A stretch of 64,000 nucleotides of DNA. Origin: Octopus vulgaris. Its lineage: Eukaryota. The notes below the pieces were generated by a model, which was not told the DNA's origin, searched no databases, and was given only the letters and a program-made list of their open reading frames with translations. Shown here piece after piece: positions 30,327 through 44,590 of the stretch (position 1 is its first letter; each line of letters starts with the position of its first letter). The stretch spans positions 134,602,001 to 134,666,000 of the forward strand of contig OX597815.1 in NCBI GenBank assembly GCA_951406725.2. Reading direction: 5' to 3'. The position numbers were made by a program, and so were the translations under genes.

Positions 30327-30419
30327 TTGCTCTGAAGAGATTTTTACGATTTAAATGCATAATGCACTCTGAATTGTAAAATATAAAGGAAGGTAAGAAA
30401 TTGAAACGTACGTAGGCGA
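30327..30419 (+). ncRNA. Type I hammerhead motif with long helix II
   Basis: TTGCT-CTGAAGA-[TTTTACGATTTA..TGCATAATGCA..TGAATTGTAAAA]-GAAAC-GTAC-GTA-GGCGA, with palindromic helix III ACGTACGT. Confidence 0.7.
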
Positions 30420-30767
30420 TATGAAATTGACTATTCTATAAATAAATTGATTTTTTTGTGCTCCATTTCCCTTATATGATATTATTACAATTCTTTTCTC
30501 CTATACGAATGGATGAAAATATCTGTAACGACTACTGGAACTTCATAAGTGTGAACAATAATACTAACACAAATTACTGAATTCCAAGTATTTTAATTGA
30601 TATGGAGCTAAGCCGGTGTACGCTTGGATAAAATACATCTCTGTGAAAGAGCATCCTCTTTCCATTTGAAACTTCTTAAATTCTCTTCTCTCTCTCTCTC
30701 TCTCTCTCTCGCTCTGTATATACATATATATATATATATATGTTTGTGTGTGTGTGCGTATATATAC

Positions 30768-30839
<72 letters not shown>

Positions 30840-30860
30840 ATATGTATGTATGTGTGTGTG

Positions 30861-30895
<35 letters not shown>

Positions 30896-31587
30896 ATTTA
30901 TGTATGTATGTATATATTCCTATACATTTGATAATGTATGAAGCCGTTAAATTCACTTTGAATATATTTCATAAGGTATGAAAAATTTCGTCGCACAACA
31001 GCTGCCCGATCACTAATTCAATTCTACTGTATGTACTCGTGTATGTATGTATGTATGTATGTATGTATGTATGTATGTATGTATGTATGTATGTATGTAT
31101 GTATGTATGTATGTATGCATTCCTCAACGTGTGTCGAGAAAGAAAAGCACACGGTGGTCTGCACCAATAACAAAGGATTTTCTTCCCCCGCTACTGGTCT
31201 GGAACGAAAGAAGAGCTCACACATCGCTATTTCTAACGCACTGTACAAGCCTGGATATTCTATGCACTTGAAATATATTCTTATGACATCAAGACATAAA
31301 TATGTATTTGACAGATCTAACTGCAACAATGATTATACTAACGACGTTTTTTGTAAACACCAACAATTCGATATGTGGCGCCAATCTTATTTCCAAATAG
31401 TTTCTTTTTAGTCATACAATCTGCTAGATATAGTAGTCAAATCTCCCTCAAGCAACACCATACTGCCATAAGTAAGAACGATGTATTCAATAATGTGATT
31501 CTTGATACATTTAAAAATAAATTAGATGTTCATGGTTGGTCATATCTTTGATAACAGATTAGCTTGATTAAGAAACTCCTAGGGTTA

Positions 31588-31595
31588 AACAACAA

Positions 31596-31642
<47 letters not shown>

Positions 31643-31690
31643 ACATCAGCAGCAACAGCAGCAGTAACAGCAGCAGCAGCAGCAGCAGCA
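31588..31690. repeat. (CAG/CAA)n trinucleotide repeat at the tail of an old SINE-like element
   Basis: Direct reading. It is preceded by a degenerate copy (31420-31590) of the element also seen at 56680-56875 and 59950-60150. Confidence 0.7.
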
Positions 31691-32905
31691 GAGTAGTTTT
31701 TATCACTAAATCAGAAGATGAAGGGTATCGCCCTTATCCCTTGTCATGGCCACTGAAACTGGTTGGAGGAAGAGAGGGAGTCATCTTCAGACCGGATAAC
31801 CGGTCTCAATGAAGGTACCCAAAAAGAAAGTAGAGGGATTGAATTAGGCCCTAGCGATCTAGGAGATGATCCTGCAGTTAAATTTGGTGTTTATCTGTAA
31901 TATAAAACGCACTTAAATGTAAAAGAAAAAAAAAACCCTTTGAAACATCTTAATATCACTGATATTAAATGATAACGATATAAAAGCAACGGTGATGGTG
32001 AGTTATGTTATGTCACATATCGCCTTTAAGAATATCAATGCATTTCTCTTGATTCGTCTCTTTATATCAATATCGAAGGCTGAGTTATGTGTGAACTGCA
32101 CGTGAGTCAGTATGGTGACACCTGCAAGGATCGGTGGGTAGGTCAGTCGATGTCATGTCACCATGAAATAATACATAAAACACAATCACGAAATGAAAAT
32201 ACAAAAAAAAAAAAAGAAAAAATAGAAGTGAAAAAATCCCCCTAGAAAACAATCTGTTGGCAAAGGTTTGTCAATTGATATCAAACTCATGTATTCGTAC
32301 ATGATATGATATATTAGAGAATCATTGGATCTTTGGTGTGTGTGTGTGTGGTGGGATGTCTGTGTATGTGTGTGCAATCGCATAAGTACGTGCTTGTGCG
32401 TGCACGGACGTATGCATGTTTATGCCTCTATGCGCGTGCGCGTGCGAAAGCAATAGACAAAGATGGAAGGAACTAGCAAAGAAGAGGAATAAAAAAAAAA
32501 CAAAGCTATGACGAAAGAGACATGACAAAGGAAAGAAGAATAGAAAAAGGCGGGGGGAGCTCAGAGTGATAATGTATTCTCATTGTTAGGACTGCAAAAA
32601 ACAAAATAAAATGTTTTTAACACATATTCTTACATCTCCTTTCTTCCTCACATCTTGAGTCCCCTATTGGCTTTTCCCCACTCATTCTTCTCTCTCTCTC
32701 TCTCTCTCTCTCCCTCTCTCTCTCTGTGTCCCTCTCTGTCCCCTCTTTCTTTCGCTCTCTCTCTCTCTCTCCCCCTGTGAGTGTATACGTGTATGTACAT
32801 ACAGATATGTACACACGCGCGCGCGCACACACACACGTAAATATACACACTCATGCACATGTATATAATCATATACATGTGCGTACACACGCACGCATGT
32901 ATTTA

Positions 32906-33400
32906 TACGAGGGTTCTAACAAAAGTAATATTAAAGCGAGCAGAATTGTTTTAACTGACTTAGGTCGTTCAAATTGTATATGTTGGCAGAGTAACTCGTT
33001 CTCTATTAGAGAAAGAGTTACTCTACCAACTTATGCAAGTATAACTCGACTTTGTCTCCGTCGCAAGCGATGCATTTGCACCACCGTTGAACCTAACTCT
33101 CGAATCCTCTCTGTAAAAATTCAAGCATGCATTGTTGTGCCCACTTCTTTAAAGCCACTTTCACGTCGTCCGTGTCATCAAATCTGTCTCTGAAGACTGC
33201 CTTTCATTGGATCGAAGAGTCGGAAGTCGGAGGATGTCACATACGGTCTGTATGGTGGCTGGAGGACAACTGGGTTCTCACTTTGCTGATTGCCTCATTT
33301 ATTTCCAGCGATGTGTGCGGTATGGTGAGGGTGGATTGTTTTCAGATTCTTGTTTGGTCTCTTTCTCTTAACGTCTTGTCTAAGCATCTGTGAGCTAAAT
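32906..33400 (-). mobile_element. Mariner (Tc1/mariner) transposase C-terminal remnant with one TIR end
   Basis: The minus strand reads LQPPYRPYVTSSDFRLF..FDDTDDVK..QRWCKCIACDGDKVE, matching the mariner HPPYSPDLAPSDY..RW.KC...G.Y motif. Terminus TACGAGGG at 32906. Confidence 0.75.
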
Positions 33401-33444
33401 GCATGCTCGACCAGAACTGACCAAGGTTACACAAGATCAGAAAT

Positions 33445-33544
<100 letters not shown>

Positions 33545-35324
33545 CCATCGTATTGAGAAATGACTCTCATAATCTGGAATTCATTTGATATTTAATACCG
33601 GAACGAGGGACAAAGCCCATGACGTTTAAAGACTCAGATCAATGGTAAATCAATGAGAAATGAAGTTCAGCTTCATCTCCTACAGTTTGGTGCTTGTAAC
33701 AAAGCCACTGACAAGGACTGAATTCTAAGGGTTCATATATTCCTTGCAAAACTTCTAAGTAAGATATTAGTAAGGGTAATGAAAGCAAAGAATGAGGAAC
33801 TGGTATTTATAAGGTGTAGGTAGGGTGATACATCAACTAAAACTACATACAGCAAATTAATCGCCATCGTTTGAATTGTATAAGGATCCACACACTTTTC
33901 ACATAAATATTCATTTTTAAAAATATTACATCTTGTGTATAAGCATGCATTTATAAACAGCTTCTCATACTTATGCGCACAAACACGTCCATATATAAAC
34001 ACACAAAGGTTATGGATTAATGGGCTTGGACAGAGGTGACATGCAGCTTACCAGTTGCAAATGCAACTGTGATGGCAAACGAACTAATCTACTTATTTTA
34101 TCACTTTATCATAATGCTTTTCCTTTTATTTAAACAGTATGTATTTGATTTCATCTTAAGACTATGTAAACTAACCTTGAATCACCACTCTCATTGACCT
34201 GCTCAACACAATCTCACAGCATCGAGTCTCTACGCACTCGCCATATTAGCTCTACTTATGATATCCTCTGTTTTTACTAATATTTACAATCTTTGCATTA
34301 TTTAAACCTTCTCTTACTTAGAAATCGCTCTATGCATACACGCCGATTATAATTTAATGTTGTTTCAATTGCGTTTCTCGAGTTCTTCCCTTATTACATG
34401 ATTTTAAGATTATAATATTGCTTTTATCTTATGATATTATTATTTATTTTATCACTTTTCCTTATGCACACACTCACGCACACGCACACGCACACGCACG
34501 CACACACACACACACATACACCCCCCCACACACACACATATTGCAATCTATGACCTTTGAGAATGTTTGTCCTGGTCACAGATACATATCCCCACCAGAA
34601 GTTTCCACTTATTTTTCGAGTCTGAACATCAAAAGTCTACGTTCCAGAAACTGGCCATCCACCCAGTGTGTGTAGTTGGCGCGACTAGAACCACATGCAA
34701 GGCGGTCCATTTCATTTCTTGTGTCAGACTGGAATCGTCCATGTCTGAAAGAGAAATGACAAACTTGGAATTTGATGCATGCTGCATAACATCACATTAC
34801 GTCGCCTTTCATTAACAACCCGTGTCTCTCTGTCTGTCTGCTTGTCTGTCTGCCTGTTTATCTCTCTCTCTCTCTCTTTGCTTTTTTGTGTATATGTATA
34901 TATATAATGGGTAATAAAACGAATGGTTTACACCCGGTAGCTTACTGGTAAAGTACGGTCCCCTTTCACAGTGATTGTTATGAAAGACGGAAGATGGAAT
35001 ATACGAGAATTTATTATTAATCACGACAATTGTTTCGACACATCTAGAATCGATCCCTTATAGGTGAGACACTCAACAACTGGTTCAGGAGCATCCGGCA
35101 GTGCAGATGTATTCTGTCGGTTGATAAATAAATACAACTCGTTAACATAACAATTCTGCAATGTAATTTCCCGTTTTGTAGAAATAAAAGCAGCCAGACT
35201 GTTGAAATATCTTCATTTATATGGTAGATCAAAAGTAAAAGCACAGATGGCAAAAAGAGAAACGAGCACGCAATTTGGCATATATATATATATATATATA
35301 TATAGTAAACCCAGAAAAAGAACG

Positions 35325-35359
<35 letters not shown>

Positions 35360-35510
35360 AAAAACACAACGCGAGGACGTGGTAGATGTAAAGTATTAGC
35401 AGACGGTCAGAGAAGGAAAGAATGATGGTTTAACGTTTCGAGCAACGCTCTTGGTCAGAAACAGAGGAAAGTCCAATGAAAAGGAAGACGGAGGAAGAAA
35501 ATCGCCAACG
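35360..35510 (-). repeat. Diverged dispersed copy of the 219-bp hammerhead unit
   Basis: Minus strand GTTT-CTGACCA-A-GAGC(GTT)GCTC-GAAACGTT-AAAC at 35428-35462. The flanks align to the array unit. Confidence 0.75.
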
Positions 35511-35559
35511 ATTGACAAGTGGCTACATATTATTCCTGTGTGTGTATGTGCGGGTATAT

Positions 35560-35624
<65 letters not shown>

Positions 35625-36014
35625 TATATGTATATACATGTGTGGAAGTATGTTGCTAAACGTATCGCATTCATGCTTGTAAGGTTGTGGTTTCGATTCC
35701 CAGACCAGGCAACGCAATATATTGTTGAGCAAAGCATTTCATCTTACGCTGTTCCAGTCCATTCAGCTGACAAAAATGAGTAATTCAGCGAGGGACCAGC
35801 GTTTCGTCCAATGGCGGGAATATATACGCCACAGAATCTGGGAAACCACCCTTATGAGCCTAAGGCCCGAGTAGGACCATTGATCCTTTTTCGTTATACA
35901 GACAGACACAAACACACACACGTACGCGAGCACACACTCACACACACACATACACACATGCGAGTACACATTACACACATACACGCATAGGTATTTATCA
36001 TCATAATCCGCAGA

Positions 36015-37330
36015 CGAAACTATAACATCTTTCCTGCAGACGAAGCTATAGCATCTTTCCTGTCTGTCAGCGTATGTCTTGACTTTGCTGTCTGACAAAG
36101 CTGTCCGTTTTGTGCATCCTGCTGTAGGATGTATAGCAGCCTTCTGAAGCACTTGTACACAAATGCCTGGATTCTTTGCTCCATATCAGCTATAAGAGTC
36201 CAGCTCTCATATCCATATAGAAAGATCGAAGTCACCAGGGTCTTTTACACTCTGAATCTTGTTGAAAACTAATGGAATTCATTTCCCATACGTTGTTAAG
36301 CTTCGTCATGGCAGCAGAGGCTAAACTGAATCTTGCTGATATCTTCTTTTGAGATCTGCCGTCTTTGTTCAAAGTGGATCCTAGGTACTTGAAGGTGTCT
36401 GCTTCATCAAGTCTCTCTCCATTTAGCATGATGTTGGTTGCTGTGTTTTGCTTGTTACTATTAATCAGGATCTTGCTCTTTTTCTGAGCTGATCTCCATC
36501 ATGTATGTTCCTGAAACTTTTTTCAGTTTGGTGCTGAGCTCCTGTAGTTCTGTTTCGCTACTTCTTAACATGTCAATATCATCAGCAAAGTAGAAGTTGG
36601 AAATGGGCAGCGCCCCAATGGAAAGAGAAGAGTGTAGGATTTCTCCAGGAAGACGTTGAAAAGAACTGGAGAGAGGGGACATCCTCGTCGAACATCCATT
36701 GTTGTCCTGAAGAATTCTTCGATGTTGTTGTTTTGGAGATATGCACTGCATGAGTTGCCACACCGTGCTTGGATTACTTCCATGATGTTGTTCTCGAAGT
36801 TGTAATTCTTCATCACCTGCCACAACCCATCGTGTCACACACGGTCAAATGCCTTTTTGAATTTGAAGAAGTTCTGATTGAAGTCAGATTGGTGTTCAAG
36901 ACATTTTGTAGTGAGCAGTCTAATGTTAAATACCTGCTCCACAGTACTCCTTGCAGGCCTAAATCCCGTCTGCTCTTCTACAAAGATTTCTTTTGACTTC
37001 CCCTTAAGTCTGCTTAGTATAACATTTAGCAATACTTTGCTGGGGTTGCTAGTTAGGCTGTTGCTCTATAATTCTGGTAGAGACTTCAGTTGCCTTTCTT
37101 GGGAATGGGTATCATCAGTGATTGGGTCCATTCCTTTGGCCACTACTTCGTCTCCCATATCTTCTGACAGGTAACTGTTTGTGCCTTGATAAGCTGTGGT
37201 CCTCCATGTTTTAGGAACTCTGATGGGATGTTATCCATTCCTGTGGGTTTCCTATCATTGAGCATGCACACTGGTTCTTCGACTTCCTTCTGGAGAATTG
37301 GAGTATCCCAAGGTTTTCTGTTGTTGTTGT
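36015..37330 (-). mobile_element. RTE-clade LINE RT fragment, degenerate
   Basis: GMDNIPSEFLKHGG, EEQTGFRPARSTVEQ, KKAFDRV, VRRGCPLSPVLFN, FADDI, FKYLGS and LYGYESWTL. Confidence 0.88.
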
Positions 37331-39716
37331 TGGAAATGTGTAGGATGTTGCTATCATGCTTGAGTTTGTGATTGCAAAAGTTTTTTGCAGAATCAGTGTG
37401 ACATAATGCTGGCTGTTTGAACAATAGGTTCAGTCCCTCTTGCGGGCATCCATGTACAGCTCTGGCATTGAATAGAGGTTGATGTAAAAGAATACATAGT
37501 TTCGATGCCACACAGTGTGATCGAACCCGGGAAAATATGGTTGTGAAGCAAACTTCATAAGGCCATGCCTGCGAACATACTGAAACATATTTCGTTTGTG
37601 TATTCGTTTAAAGCCATTTTTTGCACTCATTTCAGTGATGACGTTTAATAGGTGTGATTATATCAAATTGTCAACTCACTGTTTGTAACTAATTCTTTAC
37701 GTATTTGTCCATCCCGCCTACCATCATTACAACACCCTTTCCCCCAGTTTTAGACCCATTAACTTCTCCCATTCTTTTATGCTTATTTTTTTAACTCTCT
37801 TTCTCTCACACATTCTCACAAACACATTTTCACACACACATACAAACACACATTCACATACGTTAAAAGCACATACTCACACACATACTCATACGCCTTT
37901 GTTAATTTTCTATATATGTATGCTTCAATAAACAGAACCCGTCACCACCACCACCACCACCATCACCACCACCATCTTTATAAACACATAAAAAACTGTC
38001 GTACATTGAGACATCAGTAAGTCTATATATATGGCGTCACGACTACCATAAAATATCATTCATTGTATTGACAGAAACGTTACGTACCGATGTGATCTAA
38101 ATAGACTCTGTATATAAGGGAAAGAACGAAATAGAATAGTATCGAAAGAGTGAAGAGGATTGGTTATTCTTAAGTAGTAGACACGTCAAGGTAGTTTCCA
38201 TCTCGAACAGTGGTTTGTAACTGTTTGTGAACAAAAAAGACAAAAATAAAAACAAAGTATAAACAAACCCAAGAATCAAAAACAAAAACCAGAAGCAAAT
38301 TCTGCGCTGTGGTTTATCATTGATAATGTTTCTGTTGACCAATAACAATGTCTTGTTCATATTTTAATACCAACCAAAACTTTTAGAAAATGTGTTGAGG
38401 ATATTGGTATTGTGCCTGCTTTAAATATTTAATTTCAAAGAAAAATCACAAGCCCGCTAAACACCCTTGGCACTAACAGTCATTTACCGCCTCTTTGTGA
38501 GTTCACAACGCTTCCAAGGAGATGCTACTTCTCAGGAAATCACTGATCTAGAACACACACACACACACATTCATATAGTGGTGTAGTCGAAGATATCTTA
38601 CGTTTAAGGAAGGTAGTACCCTATTTGGTGGTACTTTTATCAGCAAACGTCACGTATATACAACAGTAACCCTGTATAGAAGTACTGATGAACACACGAC
38701 ATCTGGAGGTTTCTACATAATCAACATTAAAAAAAAAGTGTATCAAGGCACAGGCTTACAATCTGTATGACTACTATATATCAGCAGTAAGACATGTTGC
38801 TGAGTGTTCTTTGCGAAAGACAAAGACAAACGTCACACGATCTTATCTTTTCTGTAAAATTGTGACTTTGGAGTCCAAAAATCAATTCATAATATATCGA
38901 TTAAAATGAGTCTCAGAGAAAATAGCGAGATCTTCAAAAGCCGGGACCTAGTTCATTTCCATTTCTAATTGAATCAATTACATTTTATGCATATCTTAAT
39001 TTTCTTTGACAAAATATGTCCGTTAAACACCGCATTGCAAATGAATATGAAGTGTAGTCTGTTGAGCTCGGTCAAACGAGAGCTGTGGCTCCATCTTTTG
39101 TTGATTTACAATTGTAGCCACTAGAGATTAATATATTTGAGAAGGAACACTCGTCTAATATTCTCATTTCTCTCCGCTTCATTTTAGAATATAAATAAAT
39201 ATTTCTGCAAGTGAAACACCGGATATTGAAACGATTCACCTTTTGAAATTGAGTTCGCATCTCGCTTAACCAAGTTTACCTTAAGAAAGGCTTCAATGTA
39301 GGTCTTCTCAATAACCCATTTCCTAAGAATATAGAACCTTTTAAAAACAACTTTCGAATAGACACAAAACTAAATTTTATTCGAAAAGGAGATGTGTGGG
39401 TAATATACTCAACTTCAGGATCTGACTGATACTTATTACATCAATGCAAAGCTGAGGATAGCACAGAGCATTGACTCTAGCAGGATATGAACTCAGAAAC
39501 ACAGAATCAGCCGTTTCCAAAGCAGTCTCCAGAGCATCTTGTCAGAATTCCTTACCTTAGTATTTAGTTTATTTCGAACACACACAAACCCTTGAACTAA
39601 TATAGAATTTAGGTCTGGAACCTACAATGCCGATCCCTAAGGTTAAGTGAGACGAATCAAACCTTGGATAGATTTAAGCAAATAACGCATTTTGTGTTGT
39701 CCGTTTACACTACCCT

Positions 39717-39761
<45 letters not shown>

Positions 39762-39764
39762 GAG

Positions 39765-40324
39765 GAGCAGGTGTGGCGGCGTGGTAAGGAATTTTACTTT
39801 CCAACCACATGGTTCCGTCCGGGTTCAGCCCCGCTGCGTAGCACCTTGGGCAACTGTGTGTGTGTGTGTGTTTGTGTCTGTGTTTGTCCCCGACCGCCGC
39901 TTGACGACCGGTGTTGGTGTGTTCAGGTCACCATAATTTAGTGCTTCGGGAACAGCGCTAAAATACGTAAGGGTGCCGATTCGTACGACTAAAATTCTTC
40001 AAGGCAGTGCCCCAGTATGGTAGCAATTTAATGACTGAGACAACCGATAAAAGAAAAGATATATATATATATATTCTTTTATTCTTTTATTCTTGTTTTC
40101 TTTTACTTGTTTCAGTCATTTTGACTGCGGCCATGCTGGAGCACCGCCTTTAGTCGAACAAATCGACCCCAGTACTTATTCTTTGTTAGCCTAGTACTTA
40201 TTCTATAGGTCTCTTTTGCCGAACCACTAAGTTACGTGGACGTAAACACACCAACATCGGTTGTAAAGCGATGGTGAGGGCACAAACGCAAACACAAACA
40301 CAGACACAAATGCATGTATAAATA

Positions 40325-40405
<81 letters not shown>

Positions 40406-40590
40406 GTCTACCTATCTATATATATATATGACGGGCTACTTTCAGTTTTCATCTACCAAATCCAATCACAAGGCTTTGGTCGGCCCGAGGGTATAGAAGA
40501 AGGCACTTGCCCAAGGTACCACGCAGTGGGACTGAACCCGGAACCATGTGGTTGGGAAACAAGCTCCTTAGCACGCAGCCATGCCTGAGC
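39765..40590. mobile_element. Two SINE family A copies in tail-to-tail orientation
   Basis: Plus copy at 39765-40055 and minus copy at 40095-40590, with matching head and 3' hairpin. Confidence 0.75.
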
Positions 40591-40760
<170 letters not shown>

Positions 40761-40881
40761 TGTATATGTATATATATGTATATATATGTATGTATGTATA
40801 TATATATATGTATGTATAATATAATTAATGAATGGAAGAAATGGAGTTGAACGAAGATTGTACAGAATTCCTTTTATTACA

Positions 40882-40961
40882 TTCTACACATGTTTCAAAG
40901 GCCACAATTTTCCAAAATCTGATTAAATAAGGATACCATATTGCAGCTTTCTCTTCAGGAA
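40882..40961 (-). ncRNA. Type I hammerhead motif with long helix II
   Basis: Minus strand TTC-CTGAAGA-G-AAAGCTGCAAT...ATTGTGGCCTTT-GAAAC-ATGT-GTA-GAA. Confidence 0.6.
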
Positions 40962-41095
40962 AAACCAGGAATTACGTTGTCAGAACAAAACAAAACAGAG
41001 GCGCAGCAAAGCAATTCGAACGAGGACGCTCCTTAAGAGCCCATGGGTAAAATCATATATACATATATATATGTATGTATATATATATATTTATA

Positions 41096-41216
<121 letters not shown>

Positions 41217-42289
41217 GGTTGAAAAGAAACACACGAGTTGCATATTCACTGGTGTTTACAATCATGTACAATCATGTACTCAACCCTATGGAAATCGATT
41301 GATTTTCTGTACACCGCAAGATTGTTTTGTCGAGAGGAGAGAGAAAGACAGAGAAAGAGAGAAAGAAAGGGAGGGAGGGAGGGGAAGATAAAGAGAGAGG
41401 CGGGAAGAATATAAATAAAATATCACAAAAGCATCTACTTGTAAGATACTGTTTGATACCCAGTCTAAACCTTGCGGTTCAAGATTTTCTGTTCGAGCAC
41501 GTCTTCAATAAAAAAAGCTAGAGGTCAACTTGGTTCATTTCAGTGATCATTTCACTTCGACAATCTCTACACTTTACACTTCTTTACTTTCGTTCACATT
41601 TTTTTCCTTGTCTCTATATTATTTTTTTTCCATTCATTCTTTCATTGTTTGGTTTTTGTAAAAATCCATTTCATTATGAAAAAAAAAGAAAAAAAATTGT
41701 TTTTGCTTTGTCTTGGTTCACCTACCTCCCACCCTTAAACGTCTAACTTTTCTGTCTTTCATTCTTTCTTTTTTTCTTTTCCTCTCTTTTCTTTCAGTTC
41801 AGTTCTGTTCTCTCATTCTTTCTTTGAAGACACAGAAGTATATAACATTTTCAGCCTGAGCCAGTTGCAACCGTTGTTGCCTATGTGTTTAATATTGCAT
41901 TTTCTATTATACTGTTTGCATTATAAGTGTCGAGGATCAATATCTTATAAAGGTATGTCTGTATTTTCAGCATAGATGAATGTACGTCCAGCTTGCTTCA
42001 ACCATTGCATCTCAAAATGCGCGGACGACAAAAATCCCCTACCCTATACAAAGACATCGAAAAAGAGGCAACAACTAATGTAGAGTGGGCCGGTCGAGCT
42101 GTGTAATTACGAAATCTACTTTGTGATTACGCGGTTCTGCGTTCGATCTCACCACTCGGCATCCCGGGGGAAATAATTTTATGATCACTTTAATAGTCGT
42201 CACTCGTGTGTGCACCTGAAGAATTGTCTCCTCAACCCACAGAGGATATCCATCCATCCATCCATCCATCCATCAATCCATCCATCTTC

Positions 42290-42890
42290 TCCATACTATT
42301 CCTGGGAGAGTCATGGGGGTAGAGTAATCAGGTATTTTCTCCATAAGGTCCTGTCTGAAGTAAATGTCATTAGACTTTCCAGCTCGATTCTCAAGTGGGA
42401 TCAACTGAGACTGGATATTATTCAATCATCTCATTTTGGATCTACCCGAAAGTCTTCTGCCGGTTGGCTCAGCTTGACGAATCCGTCTTGTGTTTCTTTC
42501 TTGCGACATTCTAATCACATATTCGTAGTACTGAAGGTTTGATCTCTCAATGCGAAGAAGTAGCGATTCGACCTGGAGACATTCCATGATCTCCGAGCTA
42601 CGCACCCTGTCAAACAAGTCACTCCAAAGATCCTTCGGAGAACTCATTTCAGCCTCTTGTATTTACGCTCGTACTCTTTCGGTCATTACCCAACATTTAT
42701 AGCCATAGGTGAGGATAGGCACGAAAATCGAATTACAAATAGCAAGTTTGGCTCTTTTTTTTTTCCAACCATTTCTCTTCTGAGGATTGAATACTGGAGT
42801 TGGCGCATTACTGTGACAGCACCTGAAATTTTAGCATCCAATTCAGCCTCCTGCTTCCCATCACTCGTGAGTACAGCCCCGAATATTTAG
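42290..42890 (-). mobile_element. RTE-like LINE 3' fragment
   Basis: ESLLLRIERSNLQYYEYVIRMSQER..QAEPTGRR.SGRSKMR, with a (GGAT)n tail at ~42250-42285. Confidence 0.7.
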
Positions 42891-44044
42891 ACTTGTTCAT
42901 AGGTTGTGTAATTGGGATAGTATAAATCTACTCCTTTGTGTTATGCTTCTTTATTGTGAAAGTTTATAGAAAAAATGGCAATAATATACATTATGGTAAA
43001 GCTAAATCAAACAACAATAATTATATAGATAACATTGGTTTCAAATTTTGGAACGAGGTGCCAGCAGTTTTGATGTCGAGGGTAAGTCTTGTGATCCTAT
43101 CCTGCGACATTCTAATCATCTCCCTGCCAATATCTGGGGTGACAGTTTTTTAAGGGGCTTCATTTTATGGTTAGCTTGCATGTGCAATTAAGAATTATCA
43201 ATGATGAACACATAGAAGCCGAAATGAATCACATATTAGAAAGAAGAATGATCAGTTTATGAAGCAAACAGGTTATGCAACACTTCATATCTCCTGTTAT
43301 ATCTCTTGTTTGTCTAACAAATAGAAGATAAATAAGAGAACAGCTGGTTTGATTGAAATCTAGAAAATTAAAGAGGGAAACCGAAAATCTGATCATGGCA
43401 GCATAAGAAGAAAGGATTAAAACAAATATTGTTTGAGCAAATACAGGCAAACTCGATCAAAATGGTAAGAGTTGGATAAATGGGAAAATGATGAAATAGG
43501 GAACTGATAGTCATGTAGACACTGTAAAGTTAGTTGGAAACTTGGAATCGAAGCAGAAGGAAACTTGTACAAATAATAACCTAGTACAATTATTAACTGA
43601 TATATGAAATTACTGTTCATTTTTTTAAAGAGCGTTGTTTGAGGAGGAACGGTAGCGCTCGTGATGCTTTTCAAGATCCCTGAGACTAGTGGGAGCAAGG
43701 AAAGAAGTTGTCAGCAGACCAGAGACAAGGCCCAAATATTTGTAGTAGAGTGAACTCCACAAAAGTTACCTAAAAGCAGTTAACGGTATTAAACCAGGTG
43801 ACGAAGTAAGTCTGCATTCAAAATAGCTGACGGGCTTCGATAATTTACGTCTCTAAATTTTACTCAAACAGAGACTTTGGTTAATTCAGAGATACGAAAG
43901 AAGACACTTACTCAAGGTGTCATTCAATGGGATTGTCCCGATACACGAAATTCCGAAGCTAATTTCATAATTTCACTGTCATGCTTGTATATACGTCAAT
44001 GTATAAACTGAGAATGTAGTAGAAGCATGGAAACAATTGTGATA

Positions 44045-44260
44045 ATGGTTTCAAATTTTGGTAGAAGGCCGGCAATTTTTGGGAAGAAGCTTAATCGATT
44101 ACATCGATCCCAGTGTTCAACTGATACTTATTTTATCGACCTCGAAAGGATGACAGGTAGAATCGACCTCGGCAAAATTTGAGCTCAGGATCTAAAGTAC
44201 CCGAAGGAATACCGGTAGGCATTTTGTTTGACGCAGGAAGGATTCTGCCAGCTCGCCGCT
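44045..44260 (-). mobile_element. SINE family B copy
   Basis: Matches the family consensus (GATTACATCGATCCCAG...GAAAGGATGA...CTGCCAGCTCGCC). Confidence 0.75.
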
Positions 44261-44294
44261 TTAATTGTGATAATAATAGAGAGAAAAAAAAAAA

Positions 44295-44590
44295 AGAATT
44301 CAATATCATCGATTTTTCAATATCACAATCTAACAGAGTTGAAGTAAACCAAAGAGAAAAGACTGAACATTATCTAGATTTAACAGAAAACTGAGTAGAC
44401 TCCGAGTTGTAAGGTTGAAAATCTTCATAGTTGTTATAGGAACACTTGGAACGACACCTAACAACTGCTCTGAGGCTGGGTGATATATGGAACTGAAACC
44501 CGGGAAGTGGAATTACAAAAATTTACTATTCCCTCTTCTCCAAGAATCAAACGCAAAATTCTACAGAGTTGAGGAAGCTTGTCACTAAAT
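44295..44590 (+). mobile_element. R4/Dong-like endonuclease 3' fragment
   Basis: IIDFSISQSNRVEVNQREKTEHYLDL and IVVIGTLGT motifs. Confidence 0.55.

Noticed and set aside
31564-31812. Poly-Ser/poly-Gln ORF
   Set aside because: It is a trinucleotide tail of an old repeat, with no splice or flanking coding support.
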